The notes: generated by a model not told the origin, from the letters alone. Numbered from the stretch's first letter, positions 1 through 8,878 are shown. The stretch: 64,000 bases of DNA from Clostridiales bacterium (GCA_003522145.1 DPGD01000031.1:11227-75226), one strand, 5' to 3'. Program-made: numbers and translations.

Positions 1-627
1 GTTTGCGGTATGATCTCCTCTTTTTCGGTAAAGACTTCCAAGGCGGGAAACCGTTTCTGTCTGCTTCGGTTGGAGGACGCTCACGGAAGTATGGACGCTC
101 TCATTTTTGAAAAGGTGCTGGATCGGATTTCCGACTATCTGGAAAACGGTCGGCCGGTATACCTGAAGGGCAAGCTCTCGGCAAAGGAAGAGGAAGAGCC
201 GAAGATCACCGTGTCTGACCTGATGCCGTTGTTGCCCGACAGTCAGTTTGAACATCTTTCCAAGGAGCTGGAGCCCCAGAGCCCGAAGCCGGCCGTTGAA
301 ACGGCTGCGGAACCGGGAGAAAAGGGAGAGGACCGCTCTCTGCTTGCGGACGAAAGAGCTAAGAGCAGGGCAGAAGTACCGACGAAAACTCCGGGGCAGT
401 CGACTGCCCCCAAGCCGAAGAAGCTGTATATCCGGCTTTCGGACGATGAGAAGATCAACAAGCGGCTGACTGCGCTGTCGGAAATCTTTGAGGGAACCAC
501 TCCTTTGGTTTTCTATCTTCCGAAAGAGAAAAGGTATGTGGACAGCGGACAAAAGGTTGCGCTCAGTCCCTATCTGCTGGAGGTCATGCGGGAAATCGGC
601 GGGGAAGAAAATATTGTGTACAAATAA
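1..627 (+). CDS. dnaE: DNA polymerase III alpha subunit (DnaE-type), C-terminal fragment; the 5' end lies outside the window
   Basis: Frame 1 is open from base 1 (VCGMISSFSVKTSKAGNRFCLLRLEDAHGSMDALIFEKV...). This resembles the C-terminal OB-fold region plus the LYIRL...GEENIVYK tail seen in Firmicutes DnaE. Stop codon at 625-627. Confidence 0.7.
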   Translation, partial: VCGMISSFSVKTSKAGNRFCLLRLEDAHGSMDALIFEKVLDRISDYLENGRPVYLKGKLSAKEEEEPKITVSDLMPLLPDSQFEHLSKELEPQSPKPAVETAAEPGEKGEDRSLLADERAKSRAEVPTKTPGQSTAPKPKKLYIRLSDDEKINKRLTALSEIFEGTTPLVFYLPKEKRYVDSGQKVALSPYLLEVMREIGGEENIVYK

Positions 628-663
628 AAACAAAGATACTTTCGTTTGGAAAGGGGATGTGGA

Positions 664-3414
664 ATGGGCATGGAAACCGAAAAAGAAAAAAAGTCTATAA
701 AAAAAGATCATCCTGCCGAAGAAAAGGCTTCAGTGAAGATGAAAAATAAACCCAAAAGGAGCAGGTCTGATAGATCCGTCGAAGAACCGTCCTCAAACGA
801 AAAGTCGGGTAAAGCCGGGAAAAAAGTGAACTTGGTACAGGAAACCGGAGAGGCGGCAAAATTCTTAGCAAGAGGCATCGGAAGGGTCTTTACGGCTCTC
901 GGAAGTATTCTTCTGACCGTTCTTCTGATTGGCGGACTGTGCGCACTGATTGTGGGCACGGCCTTTGCGGTGTATCTTTCCGGCTATGTGGATTCCAGTA
1001 TCGACGAATTTGAGATACTGGCCTCAGAGCAGAAGCGGACTTCTCAGATTTTTGTGGATGACGGGATGGGCAACCTGAGCGAACTGGAGGATCAGAAGCT
1101 CTATATGTCGGAGAACCGGGTGTATGTGGACTATGAAGACATTCCCCAGAATCTGATTGACGCCTATATTTCCACAGAGGACAAGCGGTTCTATGACCAT
1201 AACGGCGTGGACTGGCTGCGCACGATCAAGGCAACGGTCTATTATGCCCTCGGCAACAGCGCCGGAGGAGGCTCCACTTTGACCCAGCAGTTGATTAAAA
1301 ATGCAACCGGAAATAACGACAACACTCCCCAGCGGAAGATCGGCGAGATCTTTCAGGCCCTGAATCTGGAGAAGAATTACAGCAAAGAGCAGATTCTGGA
1401 AATGTATCTGAACACCATTTATCTCTCTCAGGGCTGTTACGGAGTCCAGTCGGCCTCCTATACCTACTTCGGCAAGCCTGTGAAGGAACTGAACCTGTTG
1501 GAGTGTGCGGCGATTGCCTCCATCACCCAGAATCCTTCCAAGTGGGACCCCAAGCTCCATCCGGAAAACAACATCATCAGACGAAACGGCATTCTGGAGA
1601 ATATGCTGGAGCAGGGAAAAATCACAAAAGCCGAATTCGATTCTGCCTACAATGCCGAATTGACCATTTATGACCCGGAGGAGTCGGAGGATCCCGATAA
1701 CGATCCGGGGGAATCGTCCGGTTCTGCCACCGGCGTAAACTCCTGGTATGTGGACGCCGTGATCGAGGACGCCATCGAACTGCTGATGGAACGCTATGAG
1801 GTGAACTACAATGTGGGTGAGCAGATGCTCTATACCGGCGGCTTCCGCATTGTGACAGCCATGGACCCCAAAGTGCAGCAGGTGCTGGAGGAGGTATTTA
1901 CCGACACCGACATCATTGATGAGATCATCGGTGCCAGCCCCGGCATGGTCAAGCCCCAGTCCGCCATTGTGGTGCTGGACACCAAGAACGGAAACATTCT
2001 GGGTCTGGTCGGCGGAAGAGGCGAAAAATACAAATCCAGACTGTTCAATTTTGCAACGCAGGCACACCGTCAGACCGGCTCTGCCATGAAACCGCTGTCG
2101 GTCTACGGTCCGGCCTTAGAGAGCGGAATTATCAATTATGCAACGGTTTTTGACGATTCACCCTACAGCTACGATGATGAAGGAAACGGTTGGCCGAAAA
2201 ACTCCCCGGCAGTCTACAGAGGACTGACGCCGGTCATCACCGGAATTACCAATTCCGTCAACACCATGGCAGTGAAAATCTTAGACCGGCTGGGCATTGA
2301 AAATTCCTTTAATTTCCTGACCGAAAAAATGCACATCACAACCCTCTATCGGAATAAGGTCATCAACGGAAGCGTGTACAACGATCTGAGCTTACCGGCT
2401 TTAGCGCTGGGCGGTATGACCGAGGGTGTTTCGGTAAGAGAGCTGGCGGGAGGCTTTACCACCTTCACCAATGAAGGTGTTTACTGTCAGCCCCGCACGG
2501 TCCTGAAAATTCTGGATTCCAAGGGAAACACGGTGGTGGACAATGCGTTGCTCACCGAGGAATGCCTCAGCAGGGAAAACGCCTCCATCATGACCAAAAT
2601 GATGAACAATGTGGTGGTAAACGGTACAGGCTCTTCGATCAAGTTGAAGAACTATGTGTTTACCGCCGGCAAAACCGGTACCACGACCAAGAACAACGAT
2701 AAATGGTTCGTAGGGTACACCCCTTATTATCTGGGAGGGGTCTGGTTTGGATACGAGCGGGCCCAGTCTTTGGGAGGCTTTTCAGGAAATCCGGCCATGA
2801 AAATCTGGGATTATGCCATGACCAAATTGCACGAGGAACTGGTCTTTACGCCGGATGGGGAAGACGGATTTGATTATCAGACCGACCGTCAGGGCAACGC
2901 CATTCCGAAAATTTACAGCGATGTGATCGATCCGGGCGTTCTGACTCTGCAATTCTGCCAGACCTGCGGAAAACTGGCCACCGAAAAATGCAAAAAGGTC
3001 TACCGCTACGGCACCTCCAACACCCAGAATATGACGGCAACCGGCTATTTTACAGCCGACAATATGCCTACGGAGTCCTGCACCTGCCATGTGGAGGTGA
3101 CCTTCTGCACAGCGGGAAACCATTTGGCAAGCGAAGCCTGTCCCGAAGAATACCTGAAAAAGCGGGTCATTACGGTGGTGGATTCGGCAAAGGACCGGTA
3201 TACCTACAACGGTAAGTCGGTGTATGCCTACCGAAGTGACGAAAAAGCGGTATTCTATGCTAAGGGCGACGGCACTTACGGCGGATTTGATCCGCAGAAT
3301 CCCTTTGATTCTTTCTGCACAAAACACAGCCAATCGTCAGAGCTGCCTTTGGCAAGTGCACCTGTAGCCGCAACGCCCACAGAGAAAAGCAAACGAAGAA
3401 AAGACCGGAAATAA
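664..3414 (+). CDS. Class A penicillin-binding protein (glycosyltransferase + transpeptidase, PBP1A-like)
   Basis: GT51 motifs EDKRFYDHNGVD and GGSTLTQQL; transpeptidase SxxK (SAMK) and KTGT. Basic N-terminal tail followed by one TM segment. ATG 664 is preferred because of the GAAAGGGGA RBS; the ORF-track TTG at 646 remains possible. A terminator follows. Confidence 0.9.
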   Translation: MGMETEKEKKSIKKDHPAEEKASVKMKNKPKRSRSDRSVEEPSSNEKSGKAGKKVNLVQETGEAAKFLARGIGRVFTALGSILLTVLLIGGLCALIVGTAFAVYLSGYVDSSIDEFEILASEQKRTSQIFVDDGMGNLSELEDQKLYMSENRVYVDYEDIPQNLIDAYISTEDKRFYDHNGVDWLRTIKATVYYALGNSAGGGSTLTQQLIKNATGNNDNTPQRKIGEIFQALNLEKNYSKEQILEMYLNTIYLSQGCYGVQSASYTYFGKPVKELNLLECAAIASITQNPSKWDPKLHPENNIIRRNGILENMLEQGKITKAEFDSAYNAELTIYDPEESEDPDNDPGESSGSATGVNSWYVDAVIEDAIELLMERYEVNYNVGEQMLYTGGFRIVTAMDPKVQQVLEEVFTDTDIIDEIIGASPGMVKPQSAIVVLDTKNGNILGLVGGRGEKYKSRLFNFATQAHRQTGSAMKPLSVYGPALESGIINYATVFDDSPYSYDDEGNGWPKNSPAVYRGLTPVITGITNSVNTMAVKILDRLGIENSFNFLTEKMHITTLYRNKVINGSVYNDLSLPALALGGMTEGVSVRELAGGFTTFTNEGVYCQPRTVLKILDSKGNTVVDNALLTEECLSRENASIMTKMMNNVVVNGTGSSIKLKNYVFTAGKTGTTTKNNDKWFVGYTPYYLGGVWFGYERAQSLGGFSGNPAMKIWDYAMTKLHEELVFTPDGEDGFDYQTDRQGNAIPKIYSDVIDPGVLTLQFCQTCGKLATEKCKKVYRYGTSNTQNMTATGYFTADNMPTESCTCHVEVTFCTAGNHLASEACPEEYLKKRVITVVDSAKDRYTYNGKSVYAYRSDEKAVFYAKGDGTYGGFDPQNPFDSFCTKHSQSSELPLASAPVAATPTEKSKRRKDRK

Positions 3415-3430
3415 GCACCTGAAATTGCGA

Positions 3431-3470
3431 AAAGAAGACGGAAAAGAGGTTCTTTGCCGTCTTCTTTTTT
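3431..3470 (+). terminator. Intrinsic terminator after the PBP gene
   Basis: AAAGAAGACGG (3431-3441) pairs with CCGTCTTCTTT (3457-3467), followed by a T-run. Confidence 0.8.
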
Positions 3471-3512
3471 CATATAGTTTCATCAGAACTCTTTGAAAAG
3501 AGGTGATCGTTC

Positions 3513-4013
3513 TTGGATTTCTTTGAAAGGTGGAAAAGGGAAAGTCGGCTCTTGAAAAAGCCCGGCATATTGCTTTGCTTCGGCTTCGGTGCGCTTGCAG
3601 CGCTGTTATGCATCTTGGCCTGCGGAAGCGATCAGCTATATCTGCTCACTTTACATCGGCAAAGGCTCCCCTCCGCTTTTTTTCTCGCTCTCTGGTTTCT
3701 TTTGTGGAGTGGCGGATGCGCATTTTGCGCAGGGATATTCTGGTTTGGAACCGCAGATTGCAAAAGCCGGCGACGCGGAGTGCTGCTCTGCTGCTTTGCG
3801 TTGCTTTTCACGCTCTTCTTCTATATTGCCTTTGTCAAAGCCATGTCCTTTATTTTTGCACTGTTTATGCTTTTGTGGGTTGTGGTTTTGCAGGTGTTTG
3901 CTTTGTGGGAAGCATTCCGGCTGTCGGCGGTTCTGATAATCGCACAAATATTCGGACTGTTTGTAAGTCTGATTTTTTTGCGGTATATTTTTGTGGCCAT
4001 TTTTTTGAAATGA
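3513..4013 (+). CDS. Hypothetical polytopic membrane protein (about 5 hydrophobic segments)
   Basis: TTG start preceded by a GAGGTG RBS at 3500-3505. The translation is strongly hydrophobic and the best of three overlapping frames. No family recognised. Confidence 0.5.
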   Translation: MDFFERWKRESRLLKKPGILLCFGFGALAALLCILACGSDQLYLLTLHRQRLPSAFFLALWFLLWSGGCAFCAGIFWFGTADCKSRRRGVLLCCFALLFTLFFYIAFVKAMSFIFALFMLLWVVVLQVFALWEAFRLSAVLIIAQIFGLFVSLIFLRYIFVAIFLK

Positions 4014-4059
4014 ACGGGCAAAAAGGAAAATCCGGTAACTGAAGAAAGGAAGAAAGAAT

Positions 4060-5199
4060 ATGGTGAAAATGAGAAAAATACTGGCTCTGTTGCTTGCCTT
4101 GCTGACCCTTGGTGTGCTTCCCCTGATGTCTTGGGGCGACGGAATTGAAACCCAAGCCAAAAGTCTGATTCTGGTGGAGGACTCCACCGGCAAGGTGCTC
4201 TATGAACTGAATGCGGACGAGAGTCTGCCCCCGGCCTCCGTCACCAAAATCATGACTCTGCTTTTGGTTTTTGAGGCAATTGAGGAGGGAAAACTCCGCT
4301 TTGAGGATCCGATCACGGTCAGCGAACAGGCGGCCAAGATGGGCGGTTCGCAGGTGTATCTGGAGCAGGGAGAGCAAATGACCGTTGACGAACTGCTGAA
4401 ATGCGTGGTGATCGCTTCGGCAAACGATGCGGCGGCGGCCTTGGCAGAGGCCGTTTCGGGATCTTTGGAGAGCTTTGTTTCGGATATGAACCGCCGAGCC
4501 GCGGAATTGGGCATGAGCCACAGTCATTTTGAAAATACCAACGGGTTGGATGATACCACAACCACCCACCTGACCTCGGCACGAGATATTGCAATCATGT
4601 CCAAAGAGCTTTTGAAGCACGAAAAAATCTTTGATTATACTACTATATGGATGGATACCGTGCGCAATGGTGCCTTCGGTCTGACCAACACCAACCGTCT
4701 CATCCGCTTTTACAACGGAGCAAACGGCTTGAAAACCGGTTCCACCTCCAAGGCCGGCTTCTGCATTTCGGCAACGGCCAAGAGAGACGGAATGCAGCTG
4801 ATCGCCGTGGTTATGGGTTCTCCCACGCGGGATGAGCGAAATGCCACAGCTGCTAAACTTTTGGACTATGGCTTTGCCCGCTATGAAGTTTACAACACTC
4901 CTTCCCTTACGCAAGAGACCTTGCCGGTCTTAGGCGGAAAAAAGGATTCCGTGCTTTTGGACTGCACGCCCCAATCCTTTGTCCTTGAAAAAGGGCAGGA
5001 CAAAAAGGTGGAAATTCTCACCGAACTTCCTGAGAATCTGAAAGCACCGGTGGAAAAAGGCCAGATTTTGGGAAAAATAGTCTACAAGCTGGACGGTACG
5101 GAATTGGGCTCAAAAGAAATTTGTGCCAAGGAGTCCGTGGACCGTTTGAGCAAATGGGATTTGTTCAAAAAAATGTTTTCTTTGTCCACTTTATTTTGA
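4060..5199 (+). CDS. D-alanyl-D-alanine carboxypeptidase (peptidase S11, low-molecular-weight PBP)
   Basis: Signal peptide; SxxK (SVTK), SxN (SAND) and KTG (KTGST) motifs; C-terminal PBP5-like domain. Confidence 0.9.
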   Translation: MVKMRKILALLLALLTLGVLPLMSWGDGIETQAKSLILVEDSTGKVLYELNADESLPPASVTKIMTLLLVFEAIEEGKLRFEDPITVSEQAAKMGGSQVYLEQGEQMTVDELLKCVVIASANDAAAALAEAVSGSLESFVSDMNRRAAELGMSHSHFENTNGLDDTTTTHLTSARDIAIMSKELLKHEKIFDYTTIWMDTVRNGAFGLTNTNRLIRFYNGANGLKTGSTSKAGFCISATAKRDGMQLIAVVMGSPTRDERNATAAKLLDYGFARYEVYNTPSLTQETLPVLGGKKDSVLLDCTPQSFVLEKGQDKKVEILTELPENLKAPVEKGQILGKIVYKLDGTELGSKEICAKESVDRLSKWDLFKKMFSLSTLF

Positions 5200-5207
5200 G
5201 AAAGCCC

Positions 5208-5236
5208 TTGAAAAAGCAGGAAGATCAAGGTATAAT
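5208..5236 (+). promoter_or_regulatory. Sigma-A-type promoter for pgi (TTGAAA-17 bp-TATAAT)
   Basis: TTGAAA at 5208-5213, exact 17 nt spacer, TATAAT at 5231-5236, about 33 nt upstream of ATG 5269. Confidence 0.75.
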
Positions 5237-5268
5237 GGCGGTAATTGAAGTATAAGGAAGGTCAAAAA

Positions 5269-6612
5269 ATGTCTGTACGGTTGAACGATCGGTATTTGAA
5301 AAATTTTATTTCCGATGAGGATTATTCTTCGGTGAAGGCTCGGGCTCTAACGGCGCTTGAAACGGTTTTGGAGGGAAACGGAAAGGGAAACGATTTTTTA
5401 GGGTGGAGAAAACTGCCCGATGTGCCGGACAAGGAAGAGTTTGAAAGAATCAAGCTGGCGGCCGAAAAGATCAAAAAGAGCTGTGACATCCTGCTGGTCA
5501 TCGGAATTGGCGGATCCTATTTGGGCGCCAGAGCGGCCATTGAATTCTGCAAGGGGCAGAACTACAACGAGTTGCGCAAGGCGACCCCTGCCATTTATTT
5601 TGTGGGAAAGGACCTGAGTGCGGCCACGGTCTGCGAAACTCTTGCCCTGATTGAAGGCAAGGATGTTTGTCTGAATGTGATTTCCAAGTCGGGCACGACC
5701 ACCGAACCGGCTGTTGCCTTCCGGATTTTCAGAGAGTGGATGGAAAAGAAATACGGGGAGAAAGAAGCCTCCCGGCGTATCTTTGTGACCACTGACCGGA
5801 AAAGAGGAAAATTGAAGGAGCTTTCAACGGAAAAAGGCTATGAAACCTTTGTGGTGCCCGACGATGTGGGCGGAAGATTCTCCGTGCTTTCGGCTGTGGG
5901 ACTGCTGCCCATCGCCTGCGCCGGAATAGATATTGAGGAGCTGGTGAAAGGTGCCAAGGATTCAAGAGCCCTCTATTCCAACGAAAAAACCTTTGAGAAA
6001 AACGATTGTGTGCGTTATGCGGCCATTCGGAACATTCTGCTTTCCAAAGGCAAGAAGACGGAGGTTCTTGCAAGCTATGAGCCCTCACTGTCCATGACCG
6101 CCGAATGGTGGAAGCAATTGTACGGCGAGAGTGAAGGAAAAGAGAAAAAGGGTCTGTTCCCGGCTTCTGTTTGTTTCACCACCGATCTGCACTCCTTGGG
6201 ACAGTTTATTCAAGAGGGCACTCCCTTGCTCTTTGAGACGGTTCTGGACCTTTTGAATCCGGGTTACGGAATAAAGATTCCCCATGATCCGGCCAATGCC
6301 GATGGATTGAACTTCCTCTCGGATAAGGAATTGCATGAGGTGAACCGGACTGCCTTTGTGGCCACGGCTCTGGCTCATACCGAGGGGGGCGTGCCGAATG
6401 TGGTGTTGGAATTGGACAGCCGCAGTGCGTATGATTTCGGATATCTGGTCTATTTCTTTGAGCTTGCCTGTGCGGTGTCCGGCTATATTCTGGGGGTAAA
6501 CCCCTTCGATCAGCCGGGAGTGGAAGCATATAAAAAGAATATGTTTGCACTGTTGGGCAAGCCGGGCGAGGAATTCGATGTCCTAAGAGAGCAGCTTTCA
6601 AAAAAAATCTGA
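5269..6612 (+). CDS. pgi: Glucose-6-phosphate isomerase
   Basis: Firmicutes-type Pgi sequence (IGIGGSYLGARA, SKSGTTTEP, LYGESEGK). ATG 5269 lies behind an AAGGAAGG RBS and downstream of the promoter at 5208-5236. The ORF-track start at 5245 sits at or before the likely transcription start. Confidence 0.93.
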   Translation: MSVRLNDRYLKNFISDEDYSSVKARALTALETVLEGNGKGNDFLGWRKLPDVPDKEEFERIKLAAEKIKKSCDILLVIGIGGSYLGARAAIEFCKGQNYNELRKATPAIYFVGKDLSAATVCETLALIEGKDVCLNVISKSGTTTEPAVAFRIFREWMEKKYGEKEASRRIFVTTDRKRGKLKELSTEKGYETFVVPDDVGGRFSVLSAVGLLPIACAGIDIEELVKGAKDSRALYSNEKTFEKNDCVRYAAIRNILLSKGKKTEVLASYEPSLSMTAEWWKQLYGESEGKEKKGLFPASVCFTTDLHSLGQFIQEGTPLLFETVLDLLNPGYGIKIPHDPANADGLNFLSDKELHEVNRTAFVATALAHTEGGVPNVVLELDSRSAYDFGYLVYFFELACAVSGYILGVNPFDQPGVEAYKKNMFALLGKPGEEFDVLREQLSKKI

Positions 6613-6640
6613 AATCCTCCTTGTTTTTTGACAAAGGTAC

Positions 6641-6669
6641 TTGAAAATCCCGAGAATATTCTGTATAAT
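6641..6669 (+). promoter_or_regulatory. Sigma-A-type promoter for the mini P-loop gene (TTGAAA-17-TATAAT)
   Basis: TTGAAA at 6641-6646 and TATAAT at 6664-6669 with a 17 nt spacer. A second TTGACA at 6628-6633 lacks a good -10 partner. Confidence 0.7.
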
Positions 6670-6705
6670 GAGATAAAATAAAACCATCTACGGAGGGCAA
6701 ATTGT

Positions 6706-7113
6706 ATGGTTAAACTTATTGTTGGTCTGAAGGGCTCCGGAAAAACCAAGTCGCTGATTCAGCTGGCCAATACGGCTGTCGACACTTCCAACGGCACGGT
6801 AGTGTGTCTTGAAAAGGGAACGAAGCTGATGCACGAGATCAAATATCAGGCGCGCTTGGTCAACACCGATGAATACGGTGTTTCCGACGGAGAAATGCTC
6901 TTCGGATTTGTAGCCGGAATCATTGCCAGCGACCATGATGCCAAGGACATTTTCATCGACCATGCCTTGAAAATCTGCCAGAATGATCTGAAGCAGTTTG
7001 AGGAATTTGTTCTGAAAACCGTCAAGCTGGCAGAACAGCACGATGTGCGGGTCATCATGACCGGTTCTGTAGAAAAAGAAGCGCTGCCGGAAACCATTTC
7101 CTATTTCGCCTAA
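6706..7113 (+). CDS. Small (135 aa) P-loop NTPase-like protein of unknown function
   Basis: Walker A GLKGSGKT near the N-terminus and a possible Walker B (DIFIDH). GGAGGG RBS, its own promoter and a strong terminator. Confidence 0.7.
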   Translation: MVKLIVGLKGSGKTKSLIQLANTAVDTSNGTVVCLEKGTKLMHEIKYQARLVNTDEYGVSDGEMLFGFVAGIIASDHDAKDIFIDHALKICQNDLKQFEEFVLKTVKLAEQHDVRVIMTGSVEKEALPETISYFA

Positions 7114-7171
7114 GCCGATTCCGGATCCGGGTGTTTCCAAACGCCTTTTATACCTGAATACAAGCATCCAA

Positions 7172-7210
7172 GAGGCCTTTCTGCCGGAATACCGGCGGAA
7201 AGGCCTCTTT
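7172..7210 (+). terminator. Intrinsic terminator after the mini P-loop gene
   Basis: A 16 bp stem, GAGGCCTTTCTGCCGG / CCGGCGGAAAGGCCTC (one G-U pair), an AATA loop, then TTT. Confidence 0.8.
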
Positions 7211-7237
7211 GTCAAGATTTCCCGCGGTGCATAGAAT
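7209..7237 (+). promoter_or_regulatory. Sigma-A-like promoter for the Cys-rich gene (TTGTCA-17-TAGAAT)
   Basis: TTGTCA at 7209-7214 and TAGAAT at 7232-7237 with a 17 nt spacer. The predicted 5' UTR begins with a small hairpin, GGTGC-ATGG-GCACC (7246-7259). Confidence 0.55.
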
Positions 7238-7289
7238 GATATCGAGGTGCATGGGCACCGTATGAAATTCAAGAAGGGAATAATTTGAA

Positions 7290-8135
7290 ATGATAGATAA
7301 CAGAACAAATTGCTTTGGGGCAAAGCCTGCCCGCAAGGACAATGTGTGTGTCGATTCCATGCAGATTTTAGACAGCTGCCGGGATAAGGACTGCTTTGAG
7401 GATGTAAGGGTATATCTGACGGAATTCGGACAGGATGTTATCGAAAAAACAGGAAATATCAAGGTAAAGAACACCGAAGTGATCTGCGTGAATGTGCAGG
7501 CAGACCCGGTTCCTTTCAACAGAGGATTTTTTCAGGTCACCCTGCGTATTTATACCAGACTGATCTTTGAAGCCTGCCTCTGCCCCGGAAAGACCCAGGA
7601 GTTTGAGGGCGTGGCCGTTACTGAAAAAAAGGTGGTTCTCTATGGCGGCGAAGGCTTCGTGCGCATCTTCAAGAGCACACCTTTGGAGGAAGGCTTCTGC
7701 AAGGAGCCCTGTGATTTTGAGGAAGGAAGCAACAAGCCCACCGTAGTGGTGGAGATGGTAGACCCCATGGCTCTCTCCTGTAAGGCCAAGGAGAAGTGCA
7801 ATTGCACCTGCTGCAACTGTTGCTGCTGTGTTGAGGAACTGCCCAAAAATGTCTGCTGCTGCATCAACGGAAATCTGACCGATCATCCGGGATTGAACAA
7901 GCATTTGTATGTGACGCTGGGCTTCTTCTCGGTGATCCGGATCGAGCGTCCCGGTCAGTTTGTACTTTCGGCGGAAGAATACTGCATTCCCGATAAAGAA
8001 TGCCTGATGGCAGACGATGAAGATCCCTGTGCCGTGTTTGCCAAGATGGCCTTTCCCATATCTCAGTTCTGTCCTCCCGCCTTCCCGCCTTCGGCATCGA
8101 ACGGAAGCGCTCCGGGGTGCGGATGTAAAAAATAA
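7290..8135 (+). CDS. Cysteine-rich hypothetical protein (27 Cys in 281 aa)
   Basis: AGAAGGGA RBS, plausible codon usage, its own promoter and terminator. Cluster CKAKEKCNCTCCNCCCCVEELPKNVCCC encoded at 7779-7862. No family recognised. Confidence 0.7.
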   Translation: MIDNRTNCFGAKPARKDNVCVDSMQILDSCRDKDCFEDVRVYLTEFGQDVIEKTGNIKVKNTEVICVNVQADPVPFNRGFFQVTLRIYTRLIFEACLCPGKTQEFEGVAVTEKKVVLYGGEGFVRIFKSTPLEEGFCKEPCDFEEGSNKPTVVVEMVDPMALSCKAKEKCNCTCCNCCCCVEELPKNVCCCINGNLTDHPGLNKHLYVTLGFFSVIRIERPGQFVLSAEEYCIPDKECLMADDEDPCAVFAKMAFPISQFCPPAFPPSASNGSAPGCGCKK

Positions 8136-8200
8136 GAGTATCACGGAATAATTCAAAGTATGTTCAGCGGCTGTTGCCCGGACATACAGAGAATTTTTGA

Positions 8201-8240
8201 GGGGCTGTAAAAATCGAGTTTTTTACAGCCCCCCGTTTTC
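8201..8240. terminator. Terminator between the convergent Cys-rich gene and PPTase gene
   Basis: GGGGCTGTAAAA (8201-8212) pairs with TTTTACAGCCCC (8221-8232), followed by CCGTTTTC. Confidence 0.7.
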
Positions 8241-8269
8241 AGGTATGTATGTAAGTAAGCGTTCCGGTA

Positions 8270-8797
8270 TCAGAGATCGATCTTAACAATTTTCAGCGGA
8301 AAAGAATCGGTATGTGTGCAGACGCTGACCACATAATTGTCGGAGATCGTGTAGGACTTGAAGAACACATCCTTCTCTACGGGAGGATAGACCGCACTGT
8401 AGATTCCTTCGCCGGACAGCTTGCTGTAGCTTTCGAATCTTGTCCAGTCCTCCACCGTTGCCTCACCGTCTTTAAAAAAGCGTCTGCGCACCAATTCCGG
8501 TATGGCTCTGCCGCTGTGCTCAATATCCACGCCCACAGGCTTGTCAGAAAGGGCAAGAACCACTCTTCCGTGGCTGTGAGAAATATTGAATTCAAAGGAA
8601 TGGTCTGCGAAAAACGGTTTTCCGCTTTCCGAAATATCAATCGGCGGAAGGACCCCGATGCCGTGAAAAGCCTTCAGGGTGTAGGCAAGCAGTTCCTTGC
8701 CCATCCGGCTTTCTGCATTGGAAATCTGCCCCCGGGTCAGATTTACAGTGTCGATCTGTGTAAAATACAATTCCAACATATATTTGTCCTCCAACAT
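8270..8797 (-). CDS. 4'-phosphopantetheinyl transferase superfamily protein (Sfp-type, short)
   Basis: Motifs GKPFF...FNISHSHG, VGVDIEH and W..FESYSKL match the PPTase signature. Confidence 0.75.
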   Translation of the reverse strand: MLEDKYMLELYFTQIDTVNLTRGQISNAESRMGKELLAYTLKAFHGIGVLPPIDISESGKPFFADHSFEFNISHSHGRVVLALSDKPVGVDIEHSGRAIPELVRRRFFKDGEATVEDWTRFESYSKLSGEGIYSAVYPPVEKDVFFKSYTISDNYVVSVCTHTDSFPLKIVKIDL

Positions 8798-8878
8798 TCA
8801 AGCGAATACATTTTGATCATACTTTCAAAAACTCTTCCGGATGACGGATCCCACCCGAAATATTTTCAGAGGTGCCCC

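Noticed and set aside
3530-4042. Alternative overlapping ORFs (3530-4042, 3589-3936 on the plus strand and 3651-4193 on the minus strand) in the region of the small membrane protein gene.
   Set aside because: Only the 3513-4013 frame has a canonical RBS (GAGGTG 7 nt upstream) and a coherent multi-TM hydrophobic profile. The others are Arg/Cys/Ser-rich out-of-frame translations.
7230-7237. A possible sporulation-type (sigma-E or sigma-K) -10 element, CATAGAAT, upstream of the Cys-rich gene.
   Set aside because: The required upstream partner is missing (an xxATAxx 7-mer at 14 bp, or AC at 16-17 bp). The same bases fit a sigma-A TTGTCA-17-TAGAAT promoter better. A sporulation link for this gene remains conjecture.
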